Shown here piece after piece: positions 1-9,676 of a stretch of 64,000 bases of DNA. The stretch is from positions 1 to 64,000 of the IMG/VR virus record IMGVR_UViG_3300030329_004647, one strand, 5' to 3'. The translations under genes and the position numbers were made by a program. Every line of letters starts with the position of its first letter. Within the stretch, counting starts at the first letter, position 1. Below the pieces are notes generated by a model. The model was given only the letters and a program-made list of their open reading frames with translations. It had not been told where the DNA came from and searched no databases.

Positions 1-10
1 AAATTTTTAT

Positions 11-18
11 TATATTTG
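11..18 (+). promoter_or_regulatory. Bacteroidota-type -7 promoter element
   Basis: TATATTTG matches TAnnTTTG; followed by TAGT then the ATG at 23. Confidence 0.7.
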
Positions 19-22
19 TAGT

Positions 23-946
23 ATGAATTTAGGATATGCATGTATTAATATGACTTTAGGTAATCAAAAACCAAAAATTACAACAAATAGGTCAATGATT
101 AAAAAAACCTTTCTAACGAAGGGTATGGAATACGCTGGAGAACTCGCTCTACTTAACTCTAGAGATTTATGTGAGATAGTAAAATGGAATGTGGAGAATG
201 GAATAAATTTCTTTAGAATATCTTCAGACATATTTCCATGGGCTTCTGAGTATAATATAGAAGACCTGCCTCAATATCACAGAATCAAAACAGTTCTTTC
301 TGGTTGTGGAAATTATGCTAGAGATAATGGTATTAGGTTAACTTCACACCCAGGCCCATTCAATGTCCTGGTTTCACCTAGAGAACATGTAGTACAAAAT
401 ACTATAACTGACTTAACCAATCACGGTAAAGTTTTTGATTTACTTGGTTTGGATAGAACTCCATACAATAAAATCAATATACATTGTAACGGTGTTTATG
501 GAGATAAAAAATCAGCGATGGATAGATTCTGTAAAAACTTTGAGTTACTCCCTGAATCAGCCCAAACACGTCTTACAGTTGAGAATGATGATAAGGCAAG
601 TATGTATTCGGTAAAAGACTTGATGTACATACATGAACGTATTGGTATTCCTATTGTATTTGACTATCATCACCATAAGTTTTGTACTGGTGACATGACA
701 GAACAAGAGGCACTTGAGTTAGCAATCTCAACATGGCCTAAAGGAATTACACCAGTAGTACATTACTCTGAATCAAAATCATTACACGAAAGTAATGAAA
801 AATTAAAACCACAAGCTCATTCTGATTACATTAATAACTTACCAGATACCTATGGTAACGATGTTGATATTATGGTAGAATCCAAAGCGAAAGAATTATC
901 TATCATCCCTCACTTAAGATTTAACACAGATTTAACAATTTCTTAA
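23..946 (+). CDS. uvsE: UV damage endonuclease (UvsE/UvdE family)
   Basis: LGYACIN start, FFRISSDIFP, RLTSHPGPFNVL, INIHCNGVYGDK, LTVENDDK, IVFDYHHH, VVHYSES, AHSDYI, IMVESKAKE motifs. Confidence 0.95.
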   Translation: MNLGYACINMTLGNQKPKITTNRSMIKKTFLTKGMEYAGELALLNSRDLCEIVKWNVENGINFFRISSDIFPWASEYNIEDLPQYHRIKTVLSGCGNYARDNGIRLTSHPGPFNVLVSPREHVVQNTITDLTNHGKVFDLLGLDRTPYNKINIHCNGVYGDKKSAMDRFCKNFELLPESAQTRLTVENDDKASMYSVKDLMYIHERIGIPIVFDYHHHKFCTGDMTEQEALELAISTWPKGITPVVHYSESKSLHESNEKLKPQAHSDYINNLPDTYGNDVDIMVESKAKELSIIPHLRFNTDLTIS

Positions 947-979
947 CATCGAATGCTCCAACTCCTATTACTTATTAAT

Positions 980-1069
980 ATGGAAACGGAAGTGAAAAAA
1001 ATAGATATAACTCCAGTTTTGTACGTCATAGTTATGATTGTAATGTTCACTATCGGAACATTGTTATAA
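980..1069 (+). CDS. small membrane peptide (29 aa, not in ORF track)
   Basis: METEVKKIDITPVLYVIVMIVMFTIGTLL; one hydrophobic helix, fills intergenic gap. Confidence 0.4.
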   Translation: METEVKKIDITPVLYVIVMIVMFTIGTLL

Positions 1070-1126
1070 CATTAGTAGGCCTCAGTATACGGAGGTTCAA
1101 CGACCAAAAGGGTTCCGAAAGTGTTT

Positions 1127-1149
1127 AAAGAGGTTTTACCTCTTTTTTT
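1127..1149 (+). terminator. intrinsic terminator
   Basis: AAAGAGG-TTTTA-CCTCTTT stem-loop followed by T run. Confidence 0.7.
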
Positions 1150-1160
1150 ATGCCTTTTGG

Positions 1161-1192
1161 TTTGGTAAAATGAAAAGATTTATTTATCTTTG
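1161..1192 (+). promoter_or_regulatory. Bacteroidota-type -33/-7 promoter
   Basis: TTTG (1161-1164), 20-nt spacer, TATCTTTG (1185-1192), then TAGT-ATG at 1197. Confidence 0.75.
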
Positions 1193-1196
1193 TAGT

Positions 1197-1592
1197 ATGA
1201 ATGATAGATACAACACCAAAGGTCCTAACTTAAATTTTGAGCATGACAAGGTACTTAGTTTATTTAATGAACTACTATATAAAGGTCAAATTTTAGAATG
1301 GAGAGAACAATCCAGCTCCAATTACTTTAGAGACAATTGGGGGAAGTTCAAAGTAACATCTATTAAAGTTAATAGTTGGGGCTCTATATATGTGAATCTT
1401 AGATTAATAGATGGGGAATATTACAATAGACCATTAATTAATGAGTTCACCGAACAAAAAACACAATACAAAAACAATCAAACAAAGAATCAGTGGAAAT
1501 GGGACAACCTAACAGGGCTGGTATATAAGGAATTAAGACTCATGGGAATTCCAGGGGGTAAAATTTTTATTAAAAGACTAACAATAAAATGA
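1197..1592 (+). CDS. hypothetical protein (start moved to MNDRYN at 1197)
   Basis: ORF; the upstream ATG at 1170 lies inside the promoter. Confidence 0.65.
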   Translation: MNDRYNTKGPNLNFEHDKVLSLFNELLYKGQILEWREQSSSNYFRDNWGKFKVTSIKVNSWGSIYVNLRLIDGEYYNRPLINEFTEQKTQYKNNQTKNQWKWDNLTGLVYKELRLMGIPGGKIFIKRLTIK

Positions 1593-1879
1593 AATTATTA
1601 ATTTGTAAAATATGTAACTCAGTATTTAATTTGACTAATAAGTCAAAATCTTGTGAGTGCGGGAAAACTAAAGGTAAGTACACGGATAATATTAACGCGG
1701 TGTACAGTGGTCCAGGTATCCCTATAGGGTTTGGTAATAATAGTTTATTAAACGCGATGAGATTACAAAATTATTTAAATAAAATAGAAAAAGACAACCC
1801 AAAGGTTTGTTGTAAAGGTGAAGAGTTCACAGCATTTACCATACCTCAATGGGCTGATACAATAAAAAAAGAAAAATGA
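1589..1879 (+). CDS. small Zn-binding hypothetical protein
   Basis: CxxC...CxC (CKIC, CECG); ATGA overlaps with neighbours. Confidence 0.75.
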   Translation: MKLLICKICNSVFNLTNKSKSCECGKTKGKYTDNINAVYSGPGIPIGFGNNSLLNAMRLQNYLNKIEKDNPKVCCKGEEFTAFTIPQWADTIKKEK

Positions 1880-2619
1880 AAACAAAAATATTTGAAATAG
1901 GAGGATGTGTTAGAGATGAACTACTAGGTTTACACACCAAAGATATTGATTTTACTGTGGTTATTGACCAAAGAGGTGAAAACTTAAGTGTAGACGAAGG
2001 TTGGGCATTTATGAAACACTTCCTCCTCAATGAAGGATTTAAGATTTTTTTAGAAACTAAAGATTGTTTTACTATTAGAGCGATGTTCCCTAAAGGACAT
2101 CAACATGAGGGACTTGTTGCGGATTTTGTAATGGCTAGGAAAGAAGTGGGTTACATTCCAGGGACCAGAAAACCAATCCTAGAGTTAGGTAGTTTAGAAG
2201 ATGATATGATAAGAAGAGATTTTACAGTAAATGCAATGGCTAAAGACGAACATGGAGAAATTATAGACTTATTTAATGGTCAACAACATCTGAAATGGAA
2301 ATTACTAATGACACCATTAGACCCTATGACTACTCTTATGGATGACCCACTCCGATTATTAAGAGCTTTAAGGTTTAGTATTACCAAAGGATTTACAATA
2401 GATGGTGCAGTTCGGAGAGCAATGTTTCAACCTAACTTAATGGATAAGTTAGAAAATGTAGTCTCACAAGAAAGGATAAGAGAAGAGGTTACAAAAATGA
2501 TGAAACATGACACCCTCTCTAGTCTCAGATTATTCCAAGAAATCGATAAAAGAGAACCAAGATTATTAGAAATTATATTTGGGGGTGATATGTGGCTATT
2601 ACCATCAACAAAAAAATAA
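1876..2619 (+). CDS. cca: class II tRNA nucleotidyltransferase / poly(A) polymerase family, short form
   Basis: GGCVRDELLG..KDIDF, DFVMAR, EDDMIRRDFTVNAMA, DDPLRLLRALRF, ERIREEVTKM. Confidence 0.9.
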   Translation: MKTKIFEIGGCVRDELLGLHTKDIDFTVVIDQRGENLSVDEGWAFMKHFLLNEGFKIFLETKDCFTIRAMFPKGHQHEGLVADFVMARKEVGYIPGTRKPILELGSLEDDMIRRDFTVNAMAKDEHGEIIDLFNGQQHLKWKLLMTPLDPMTTLMDDPLRLLRALRFSITKGFTIDGAVRRAMFQPNLMDKLENVVSQERIREEVTKMMKHDTLSSLRLFQEIDKREPRLLEIIFGGDMWLLPSTKK

Positions 2620-2622
2620 GAT

Positions 2623-3474
2623 ATGATAAAATATAAATTAGAAGAATACACAGACACCCTAACACTAAGACAATACAGAAAAGAAAAAACACTATTACAA
2701 GTGGAACTTCTTAAACTACAGGAATGGGTTATTAAAGAAAAGAAAAAGGTGGTTATTGTGGTAGAAGGTAGAGACACCGCGGGTAAAGGAAGTACCATTA
2801 AAAGATTTGTAGAAAAATTAATAGAACGAAAAAGTTCAGACAACCCAACATATAGAGTAGTATCCCTAGGGATTCCTAGTCCAGAAGAATCTAAAAATTG
2901 GTTTGAAAGATATGAAAAACATTTACCTAAGGAATCTGAAATTGTATTTTTTGATAGAAGTTGGTATAATAGAGCAATAGTAGAACCCGCGATGGGATAT
3001 TGTAGTGAGGGACAGTATAGAGATTTTATGGGTAGAGTTAATGAGTGGGAAAGTGAGTTAACACAAAAAGGGTTGATACTGATAAAATTTTATTTGGATA
3101 TCGATAAGGACAACCAACAAGAACGTATAACAGAAAGACAGGAGAGCCCATTAAAATATTGGAAGTTTTCTATGAATGACTTAGCAGCTTTAGGTAAGTG
3201 GGAAGCTTTTACAAAATACCAAAGCCAGATGTTTGAAAAGACATCCACCAAAAATAACCCATGGGTGGTCATAAACTCTAACAATAAACTAATAGCGAGG
3301 TTAACCGCTATTAGATATGTTTTACAGAATATAAACTATTTGGAAAAAATTCCACTTAAAGAAAAAAGATGGTCAGAAAGATTAAAAGAAATAAAAATTA
3401 AAGGAGTAGTCTTTAAAGACTTAACTGTTAAACAATACAATATATTAAAAGAATTGACACATGAAAAAAACTAA
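2623..3474 (+). CDS. ppk2: polyphosphate kinase 2 (class I-like)
   Basis: QVELLKLQEWV, EGRDTAGKG Walker A, IVFFDRSWYNRAIVEPAMGYC, LIKFYLDI, SPLKYWKFS. Confidence 0.92.
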   Translation: MIKYKLEEYTDTLTLRQYRKEKTLLQVELLKLQEWVIKEKKKVVIVVEGRDTAGKGSTIKRFVEKLIERKSSDNPTYRVVSLGIPSPEESKNWFERYEKHLPKESEIVFFDRSWYNRAIVEPAMGYCSEGQYRDFMGRVNEWESELTQKGLILIKFYLDIDKDNQQERITERQESPLKYWKFSMNDLAALGKWEAFTKYQSQMFEKTSTKNNPWVVINSNNKLIARLTAIRYVLQNINYLEKIPLKEKRWSERLKEIKIKGVVFKDLTVKQYNILKELTHEKN

Positions 3475-4009
3475 AATTATTAATTTTTTTGGTGGTCCTG
3501 GAATTGGTAAATCCACACAATCTGCAGGTCTATACTCACTTATGAAAAAAAATAACATGAGTGTAGAACTAACTTATGAGTTTCCTAAAATACTTGCTTG
3601 GGATGAAAATTTATCAGCTATTAAAGACCAGTTATATATAACGGCAAATCAACATAGAAATATAACCCGATTGTATGGTAAAGTAGATTATATTATTATA
3701 GACAGTCCTATATTATTTGGTATGGTTTATAAAAACAAATACGGAACCTCCTACCCTCAAGGAATATATGGAGAGTCTTTTGATATATTTCTACTAGACC
3801 TTTTTAATCAATATGACAATATTAATATACTTCTAAAAAGAAAAGAATTAAACTACCAAGATACAGGTAGATTCCAAGGATTAAACGAATCTAAAGAAAT
3901 AGACGATATATTAAAAAATCTTTTAGAAACTAATAGTATTCCTTATTTGGAGTTTGAGGTTTCCGATAACCTAACAAAAAAACTTTATAATAATTTATTT
4001 AATTCATAA
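3461..4009 (+). CDS. P-loop nucleotide kinase-like protein (AAA_28/NadR-like)
   Basis: IINFFGGPGIGKST Walker A; IIIDSP. Confidence 0.75.
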   Translation: MKKTKIINFFGGPGIGKSTQSAGLYSLMKKNNMSVELTYEFPKILAWDENLSAIKDQLYITANQHRNITRLYGKVDYIIIDSPILFGMVYKNKYGTSYPQGIYGESFDIFLLDLFNQYDNINILLKRKELNYQDTGRFQGLNESKEIDDILKNLLETNSIPYLEFEVSDNLTKKLYNNLFNS

Positions 4010-4017
4010 AAAAGTGT

Positions 4018-4025
4018 TATATTTG
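4018..4025 (+). promoter_or_regulatory. Bacteroidota-type -7 promoter element
   Basis: TATATTTG-TAGT-ATG(4030). Confidence 0.7.
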
Positions 4026-4029
4026 TAGT

Positions 4030-5322
4030 ATGGATGAAATTAAAGATTTAAAAAAAATACAAGAATTGGTAGATAGACTAAAGTCTACAAACTCAACTAA
4101 TGACAAAATTGATATTATTAAGGAGTATGGGGATGACTCTATGATTAAACAACTTTTAAAATATGTTTATTCTCCTTTTAAACAATATTATATAAAAAGC
4201 ACACAGTTAAAAAAACTAAAAAAATTATGTAACCCTACCTATTTTGGTAGTCTTTTTTGTATGTTAGATAATCTAACTAATAGAGTCTGGACAGGGCATA
4301 CAGCTATTGGATATGTTAATGGGTATGTTAAAAGTTTTCCAGAGTATAAAGAATTAATTTATTGTATAATCGATAAAAATTTAAAGACAAGAACGGGAGC
4401 GGACCTAATCAATAAAGCAATCCCTAAATGTGTACCAACATTTAAAGTAGCTCTTGCTAACTCTTACGACAAACAAAAGGGTAAAGTTGATTTTAATACA
4501 CAGACATGGTTCGCTTCCCAAAAGTTAGACGGAGTTAGATGTCTTGCTGTGGTTGATGAAAACGGTAAATGTAATTTTTATTCACGACAAGGTAAGACTT
4601 TTGATACTCTAGATGTGGTTAAAAACGAAATAGAGAGTCTAGGATTAACTAATGTGGTTTTTGATGGTGAAGTGTGTATAGTGGATGAAAATGGTGTAGA
4701 GAACTTCCAAGACATCATGAAAGAAATAAAAAGAAAGGACCACACCATTAAAAATCCTAAATATAAAATATTTGATTATCTTACATTAGATGAGTTTGAC
4801 AACCAACTAAGTACAAGAAATTTAAGTGTAAGATTAAGTACATGTGTAAAACCTAAATTAGGTTGTGTTGAAATGTTAGAACAGTGGAAAGTTGAGTCAG
4901 AAGACCATTTCCAAGAATTAGCAGAACTCGCCACTAAAAATAATTGGGAAGGTTTAATGTTACGTAAAGATTGTGGTTACAAGGGAAAGAGAACAAATGA
5001 GTTATTAAAAGTAAAAAAATTCTTTGATGAAGAATATGTTGTGAAAAGTGTGGAAAGCGCTATTCACAGAATTATTATAGGAGGGATAGAAGCTGAAGTT
5101 GAAATGTTAAGTAATGTTATTATCGAACACAAAGGATGCGATGTGGGAGTAGGTTCAGGATTCAATCAAGAAGAAAGAAAACTGTACTTTAAAAATCCTG
5201 AACTTATAATTGGAAAGACAATAACCGTCCAATATTTTGAAGAAACAATTAATCAAGACGGATGTCACTCACTTAGATTTCCTGTTGTCAAACACATTTA
5301 TGAAAACGGAAGAAACGTATAA
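4030..5322 (+). CDS. lig: ATP-dependent DNA ligase
   Basis: motif I QKLDGVR, VFDGEV, EGLMLRK, KRTNELLKVK, VGSGF, ITVQYFE, SLRFPV. Confidence 0.95.
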   Translation: MDEIKDLKKIQELVDRLKSTNSTNDKIDIIKEYGDDSMIKQLLKYVYSPFKQYYIKSTQLKKLKKLCNPTYFGSLFCMLDNLTNRVWTGHTAIGYVNGYVKSFPEYKELIYCIIDKNLKTRTGADLINKAIPKCVPTFKVALANSYDKQKGKVDFNTQTWFASQKLDGVRCLAVVDENGKCNFYSRQGKTFDTLDVVKNEIESLGLTNVVFDGEVCIVDENGVENFQDIMKEIKRKDHTIKNPKYKIFDYLTLDEFDNQLSTRNLSVRLSTCVKPKLGCVEMLEQWKVESEDHFQELAELATKNNWEGLMLRKDCGYKGKRTNELLKVKKFFDEEYVVKSVESAIHRIIIGGIEAEVEMLSNVIIEHKGCDVGVGSGFNQEERKLYFKNPELIIGKTITVQYFEETINQDGCHSLRFPVVKHIYENGRNV

Positions 5323-5325
5323 ACT

Positions 5326-6024
5326 ATGAATTATTTATTTGATGTAGACGGAACACTAACCCCTAGTCGATTACCTATTGATGAGGGGTTTGAATCATTC
5401 TTTCTTAGTTGGATGAAAGGTAAAAACGTTTATTTAGTAACAGGTTCCGATAAAGACAAAACAATAGAACAAGTTGGAGAAGAGATTTGGAATAGTTGTA
5501 CCAGAGTATATCAGTCATGTGGTAATGCCGTTTATGAAAAGGGAAAATTAATAAGACAGTTAGATTTTGTATTAGATACAAAATTAAAAAAACTTTTAAA
5601 CGAATTTTTATTGTGGTCTAGTTGGGAAGATAGATACCAAACTAACATCGAAGAACGTATAGGTCTTATAAATTTTAGTGTTGTAGGTAGAGATTGTCCT
5701 CAGGAGGTTAGAGAAAGATATTATAAATGGGACCTAAAAGCAAAAGAAAGAGAAACATTTTGTCAAATTATTGAAGAAAAATTTCCTGAAATCGAAGCAA
5801 GTGTAGGTGGACAAATATCAATAGACATATATCCTAAAGGTAAAAATAAAGCACAAGTTTTGGAAGAAATTGATGGTGAAATAACATTTTTTGGTGACAA
5901 GTGTGAACCAGGAGGCAATGATTATCCTATAGTTAAAATGTTATTCCCTTTAATAGATGAACACACAATACACTCCGTAAAAAATTGGAGAAATACCTGG
6001 GAAATATTAAAAAATAGGTTATGA
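5326..6024 (+). CDS. phosphomannomutase, eukaryote-type (HAD IIB)
   Basis: FDVDGTLTPSR, VTGSD, IEERIGLINFSVVGR, GGQISIDIYPKG, FFGDKCEPGGNDYPI. Confidence 0.88.
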   Translation: MNYLFDVDGTLTPSRLPIDEGFESFFLSWMKGKNVYLVTGSDKDKTIEQVGEEIWNSCTRVYQSCGNAVYEKGKLIRQLDFVLDTKLKKLLNEFLLWSSWEDRYQTNIEERIGLINFSVVGRDCPQEVRERYYKWDLKAKERETFCQIIEEKFPEIEASVGGQISIDIYPKGKNKAQVLEEIDGEITFFGDKCEPGGNDYPIVKMLFPLIDEHTIHSVKNWRNTWEILKNRL

Positions 6025-6060
6025 GTACAGAATTAATTGAAATCTTAAGTGTTGTTAACA

Positions 6061-6068
6061 TATTTATA
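6061..6068 (+). promoter_or_regulatory. TATTTATA motif (putative phage late promoter)
   Basis: recurrent motif upstream of ATG 6081. Confidence 0.5.
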
Positions 6069-6080
6069 ATAAAAAACTAA

Positions 6081-6335
6081 ATGGCACGATTAACTAACGA
6101 ACATTTGCATAGTGAAATAAAACTAGTCAAACAAGATGTGGTCTATATTAAAGACACTCAAGCAAAAATGCAAGAAGATTTAACAATGATTAAAAAAGTT
6201 TTATTAAACCCAGACAATGGAACAATCGCTAGAGTTAATCGAAACACTGATTTCAGAAAAAAAGCAAATGCTGCCTTATGGTCAATATGGGTAGCTATGA
6301 TAGGTGTAATAGCAAAGTTGATGTTCTGGAATTAA
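6081..6335 (+). CDS. coiled-coil protein with C-terminal TM helix (holin-like architecture)
   Basis: heptad-like N-terminus then ALWSIWVAMIGVIAKLMFW. Confidence 0.55.
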   Translation: MARLTNEHLHSEIKLVKQDVVYIKDTQAKMQEDLTMIKKVLLNPDNGTIARVNRNTDFRKKANAALWSIWVAMIGVIAKLMFWN

Positions 6336-6362
6336 TTATGTAATTTTACATAAAATTCTTTT

Positions 6363-6584
6363 ATGGGAAATGTTAACAGGGTCAATATTATTATAGACCA
6401 AATACAAAAACTTCAAAGAGAACTAGAACAGCACCAAGATAAGTGCCCTCATCTCCACAAAACTATTAGATATGTTAACGGTAATGACGTACGCTGGGTA
6501 TGTGATGACTGCAAACTACCAACAGACTGGCCTAGTGAAAAAGATTTAAAAAAATGGATAAACAGTGAAAAAATACAAAAATAA
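6363..6584 (+). CDS. small hypothetical protein, possible metal binder
   Basis: CPH...CDDC. Confidence 0.6.
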   Translation: MGNVNRVNIIIDQIQKLQRELEQHQDKCPHLHKTIRYVNGNDVRWVCDDCKLPTDWPSEKDLKKWINSEKIQK

Positions 6585-6864
6585 ATATTTTCGAGAAGTT
6601 TTAGAAAAAGACTTGAAAGAACAAGGCTTAGGTGTTAATATTCACTGTAAAGATGATGGAATTTACTTAACAGTACCACCATATCCAGTTACTGGAGATA
6701 AATTCAGTGATAACTATGGTAGGGAAATGTTAAAAGAAGATTATGATACCGATAAAATGGTGAAAAAAATAAAAGATTTAACAGTAGATTATGGTATTAA
6801 TATAAGTTTAAAACAAGCAGTCTACGGTGATAATATTAAAATACAACTTAACGTAAATGAATGA
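6565..6864 (+). CDS. hypothetical protein
   Basis: ORF with GTG start, coupled to neighbours. Confidence 0.6.
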   Translation: MKKYKNKYFREVLEKDLKEQGLGVNIHCKDDGIYLTVPPYPVTGDKFSDNYGREMLKEDYDTDKMVKKIKDLTVDYGINISLKQAVYGDNIKIQLNVNE

Positions 6865-7081
6865 TAAACCCCTTTATATTACCCTTATAGCTTTACTAAT
6901 AGTCTTCGGTATTGTTTGGTTATTTAGTGCATTTATATTATGGATAATGTATTCACTGTGGTGGTTAATAACAAATCATATGGTAGATAATGTAGTATTT
7001 TTTAAATGGACAACCTTATTAACAGGAATACTAATGTTGATTCCAATGATATCCAGTATCCTCCCACCAAAAAATAATTAA
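6857..7081 (+). CDS. small membrane protein
   Basis: two hydrophobic segments. Confidence 0.6.
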   Translation: MNDKPLYITLIALLIVFGIVWLFSAFILWIMYSLWWLITNHMVDNVVFFKWTTLLTGILMLIPMISSILPPKNN

Positions 7082-7089
7082 CAAAAAGG

Positions 7090-7120
7090 TTTGTAGTTCA
7101 AATTTATTTTCTTATTTTTG
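7090..7120 (+). promoter_or_regulatory. Bacteroidota-type -33/-7 promoter
   Basis: TTTG (7090-7093), 19-nt spacer, TATTTTTG (7113-7120), then TAGTAT. Confidence 0.7.
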
Positions 7121-7154
7121 TAGTATAAATAAAGACTAACTTAAATAATAAGAA

Positions 7155-7937
7155 ATGAATAACACATTAAATCAACCTTTAAACAAAGAAGACCTTCAGT
7201 CTCTCGCACCTTCAATATTTACAAATACACCTTCTAAAAAAGTCTCTAGTAAATACACTTTTATATCTACCGAAAGAGTAGTTGACGACTTAAACGTGCT
7301 GGGTTGGAAACCTTTCCAAGCTTCACAAAGAAAATCTAGAACTAAAGAAGATAGTTTATTCACCAAACATTTGGTAAGATTAAGAAATAATACTATAGGT
7401 AAAATAGGTGATTCTATTCCTGAGGTAGTTTTAACAAATTCTCACGATGGAAGAAATGCCTTTAGTCTACACGCGGGTTTATTTAGGTTGGTATGTTCTA
7501 ATGGTTTGGTAGTAGCTGACACTACCTTTGAACAAGTTAAAATAAAACACCAATGGTACTCCTTTGACGAAATACAAAGAGTTACTAGTAGTATGATAGA
7601 AAAAGTACCAAGTCTAGTAAAACATATGAGTGCGTTAGATAGGATAGAATTATCTCTAGAAGACCAAGTTATGTTTGGTAAAAAGGCTATGAAATGTAGA
7701 TGGAAAGCAGGTAATGAAAAACTAGATGTAGAAGACTTATTGGAAGCGGTAAGAGTAGCTGATTCAGGTAACTCATTATGGAAAGTATTCAACACCGTTC
7801 AAGAAAAACTTATCAAGGGTGGTTTAGTCTATAACAACCAAAAAGAAAAATATCAAAAACTTAGACCTATAGTTAATATTGACCAACAGATTAATATTAA
7901 TAAAAACTTATGGGCACTTACTGAAGAATACCTGTAA
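7155..7937 (+). CDS. DUF932/DUF945 family protein
   Basis: APSIF...SSKYTFIST, KHLVRLR, PEVVLTNSHDG, AGLFRLVCSNGLVV. Confidence 0.88.
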   Translation: MNNTLNQPLNKEDLQSLAPSIFTNTPSKKVSSKYTFISTERVVDDLNVLGWKPFQASQRKSRTKEDSLFTKHLVRLRNNTIGKIGDSIPEVVLTNSHDGRNAFSLHAGLFRLVCSNGLVVADTTFEQVKIKHQWYSFDEIQRVTSSMIEKVPSLVKHMSALDRIELSLEDQVMFGKKAMKCRWKAGNEKLDVEDLLEAVRVADSGNSLWKVFNTVQEKLIKGGLVYNNQKEKYQKLRPIVNIDQQININKNLWALTEEYL

Positions 7938-7941
7938 TAAG

Positions 7942-9666
7942 ATGGAAGAAAGAGTACTCCAGAAATATAAGTGGGAAAACTTTACTCTTGAGGAATTCGC
8001 TGACCATAACCCCATTCCATGTGATTTTAAATGGCAAAGGGGTTATACAGCGAATTTAGCTCCATCAGGTCAGGAACCAGAAATCTATACGTTTAATAGG
8101 ACTAAAAGACTTTATGAGACCACTGAAAAAGAATGGATTAAAAAGTCAGTCAACCTTTTTTGCACCGCTAGAGTTAGTAGAGTCACTTTAATTTTATCTG
8201 AAATTATAGAAAATGGTAAACCTATTAAATTAAGAGTGTGTGTTTATTATTTTACTAAAGAAAGAAAAGTAGGTAAAAGATATTTTTGGAAGAAAGCAAA
8301 TAGCGTTTATTATACTGTAAATCTAAAACAAAAAAACTTTTATGTGACTAAAAAAAATAAGTCAGGAAGACACACAAATACCACCACCACTAAAAACCCA
8401 ATAAAGTTCTTTAAAAGAGATGAGTCACTCCTAAATGGTATATTTCTACACCTTAATATACCTACTAATTTTGATAATTCTATAATACCTTATGTAGAAT
8501 TAGGTACCTACGAAACCGACGCTATGATAATGAAGCAAGAAGTAGAAACCGCCGTAGATAAAATTCTAAGTAAGTTTAAGAATAGATTAGAAGTAAAAAA
8601 TATAGGGATGAAATGTGACCTATATACCATTTTATGTAAATGGTTTATAAACAAAAGAAAAATTAAAGTACCAAACAATTGGAAGGATTATATGAGATAT
8701 TATTATCCTGGTATAAAAGAATTAAAAAAACACAATAATAAACTTATACAAACCATACTTTCGAGTTATGGATTAAAGTCTAAATCTAGTATTAGTTTAC
8801 TCCACACTAACGACTTTATTTGTCTAGATACGTACAAAATCATTAAAGATTTGGTAGGTAAACACAACATATCAAAAATCAATACTAGTTTATTTAAAGA
8901 CGAACACCTTCTAGGATTAAGTAACACAGAACAAAGATTTAAAGCTCTTAATTTAAGTAAAAAAGAGATAAAAAATATTATTAACTTACTTAACGATATT
9001 GCACATAATGGTGACCCATATGTTTTAAGAGATTTTATAGCTGACCATATCTCTATGAGAGAACAATTAAAACGAAAGACAGGAAAAACATACAGGATAA
9101 AAGCTGATACAATAAAATTGTATAACAATGAACATAGTAAATGGAGTACTAAATTATCAGAAATAAGAAAGGGGGAAAACATAGAGTATCTATATGACAA
9201 CAATTTTATTAAAATAATAACATCTCCTTATACAGATGAAGTAGGTCAAAAATTTATAATAAAACTATTAAAAACAGGACTAGATTACACTGAAGAGGGG
9301 TTAAAACAAAAAAATTGTGTTGCCACTTACATAGATAAATTTGATAGGTGTATAATATCTGTAAGAACTATGGATGATGAGAGAGTTACCTTAGAGTATG
9401 TTATTCCTCATGAACACAACCCACCCAAACTAATACAAGCTCGAGGAAAACTTAATACAATTATTCCAGATAAATTCAATAAGGTTGTACATGAAATAAC
9501 ACAAAGATTTTTACATATACACAATACTAATATATGGAAACCTACACAAATTGAAGTAAATAATTTAGTAACTGGTCTAAAAGAGATAAAAGAAGTATCA
9601 AAACCTTTAACAATTAAAAATGATTTCTTATTATATGAAGAGGAATTCGAAGATTTACCATTTTAA
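7942..9666 (+). CDS. large protein with C-terminal PcfJ-like domain (start moved to MEERV)
   Basis: EEGLKQKNCVATY...IISVR...RVTLEY...IQARGKLN; ends DLPF. Confidence 0.7.
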   Translation: MEERVLQKYKWENFTLEEFADHNPIPCDFKWQRGYTANLAPSGQEPEIYTFNRTKRLYETTEKEWIKKSVNLFCTARVSRVTLILSEIIENGKPIKLRVCVYYFTKERKVGKRYFWKKANSVYYTVNLKQKNFYVTKKNKSGRHTNTTTTKNPIKFFKRDESLLNGIFLHLNIPTNFDNSIIPYVELGTYETDAMIMKQEVETAVDKILSKFKNRLEVKNIGMKCDLYTILCKWFINKRKIKVPNNWKDYMRYYYPGIKELKKHNNKLIQTILSSYGLKSKSSISLLHTNDFICLDTYKIIKDLVGKHNISKINTSLFKDEHLLGLSNTEQRFKALNLSKKEIKNIINLLNDIAHNGDPYVLRDFIADHISMREQLKRKTGKTYRIKADTIKLYNNEHSKWSTKLSEIRKGENIEYLYDNNFIKIITSPYTDEVGQKFIIKLLKTGLDYTEEGLKQKNCVATYIDKFDRCIISVRTMDDERVTLEYVIPHEHNPPKLIQARGKLNTIIPDKFNKVVHEITQRFLHIHNTNIWKPTQIEVNNLVTGLKEIKEVSKPLTIKNDFLLYEEEFEDLPF

Positions 9667-9676
9667 AAAAATAAAT

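Noticed and set aside
1070-1126. GC-richer segment with GGTTCAA and a hairpin, suggestive of tRNA
   Set aside because: Too short, with no cloverleaf, acceptor stem or anticodon arm; at most a small hairpin before the terminator
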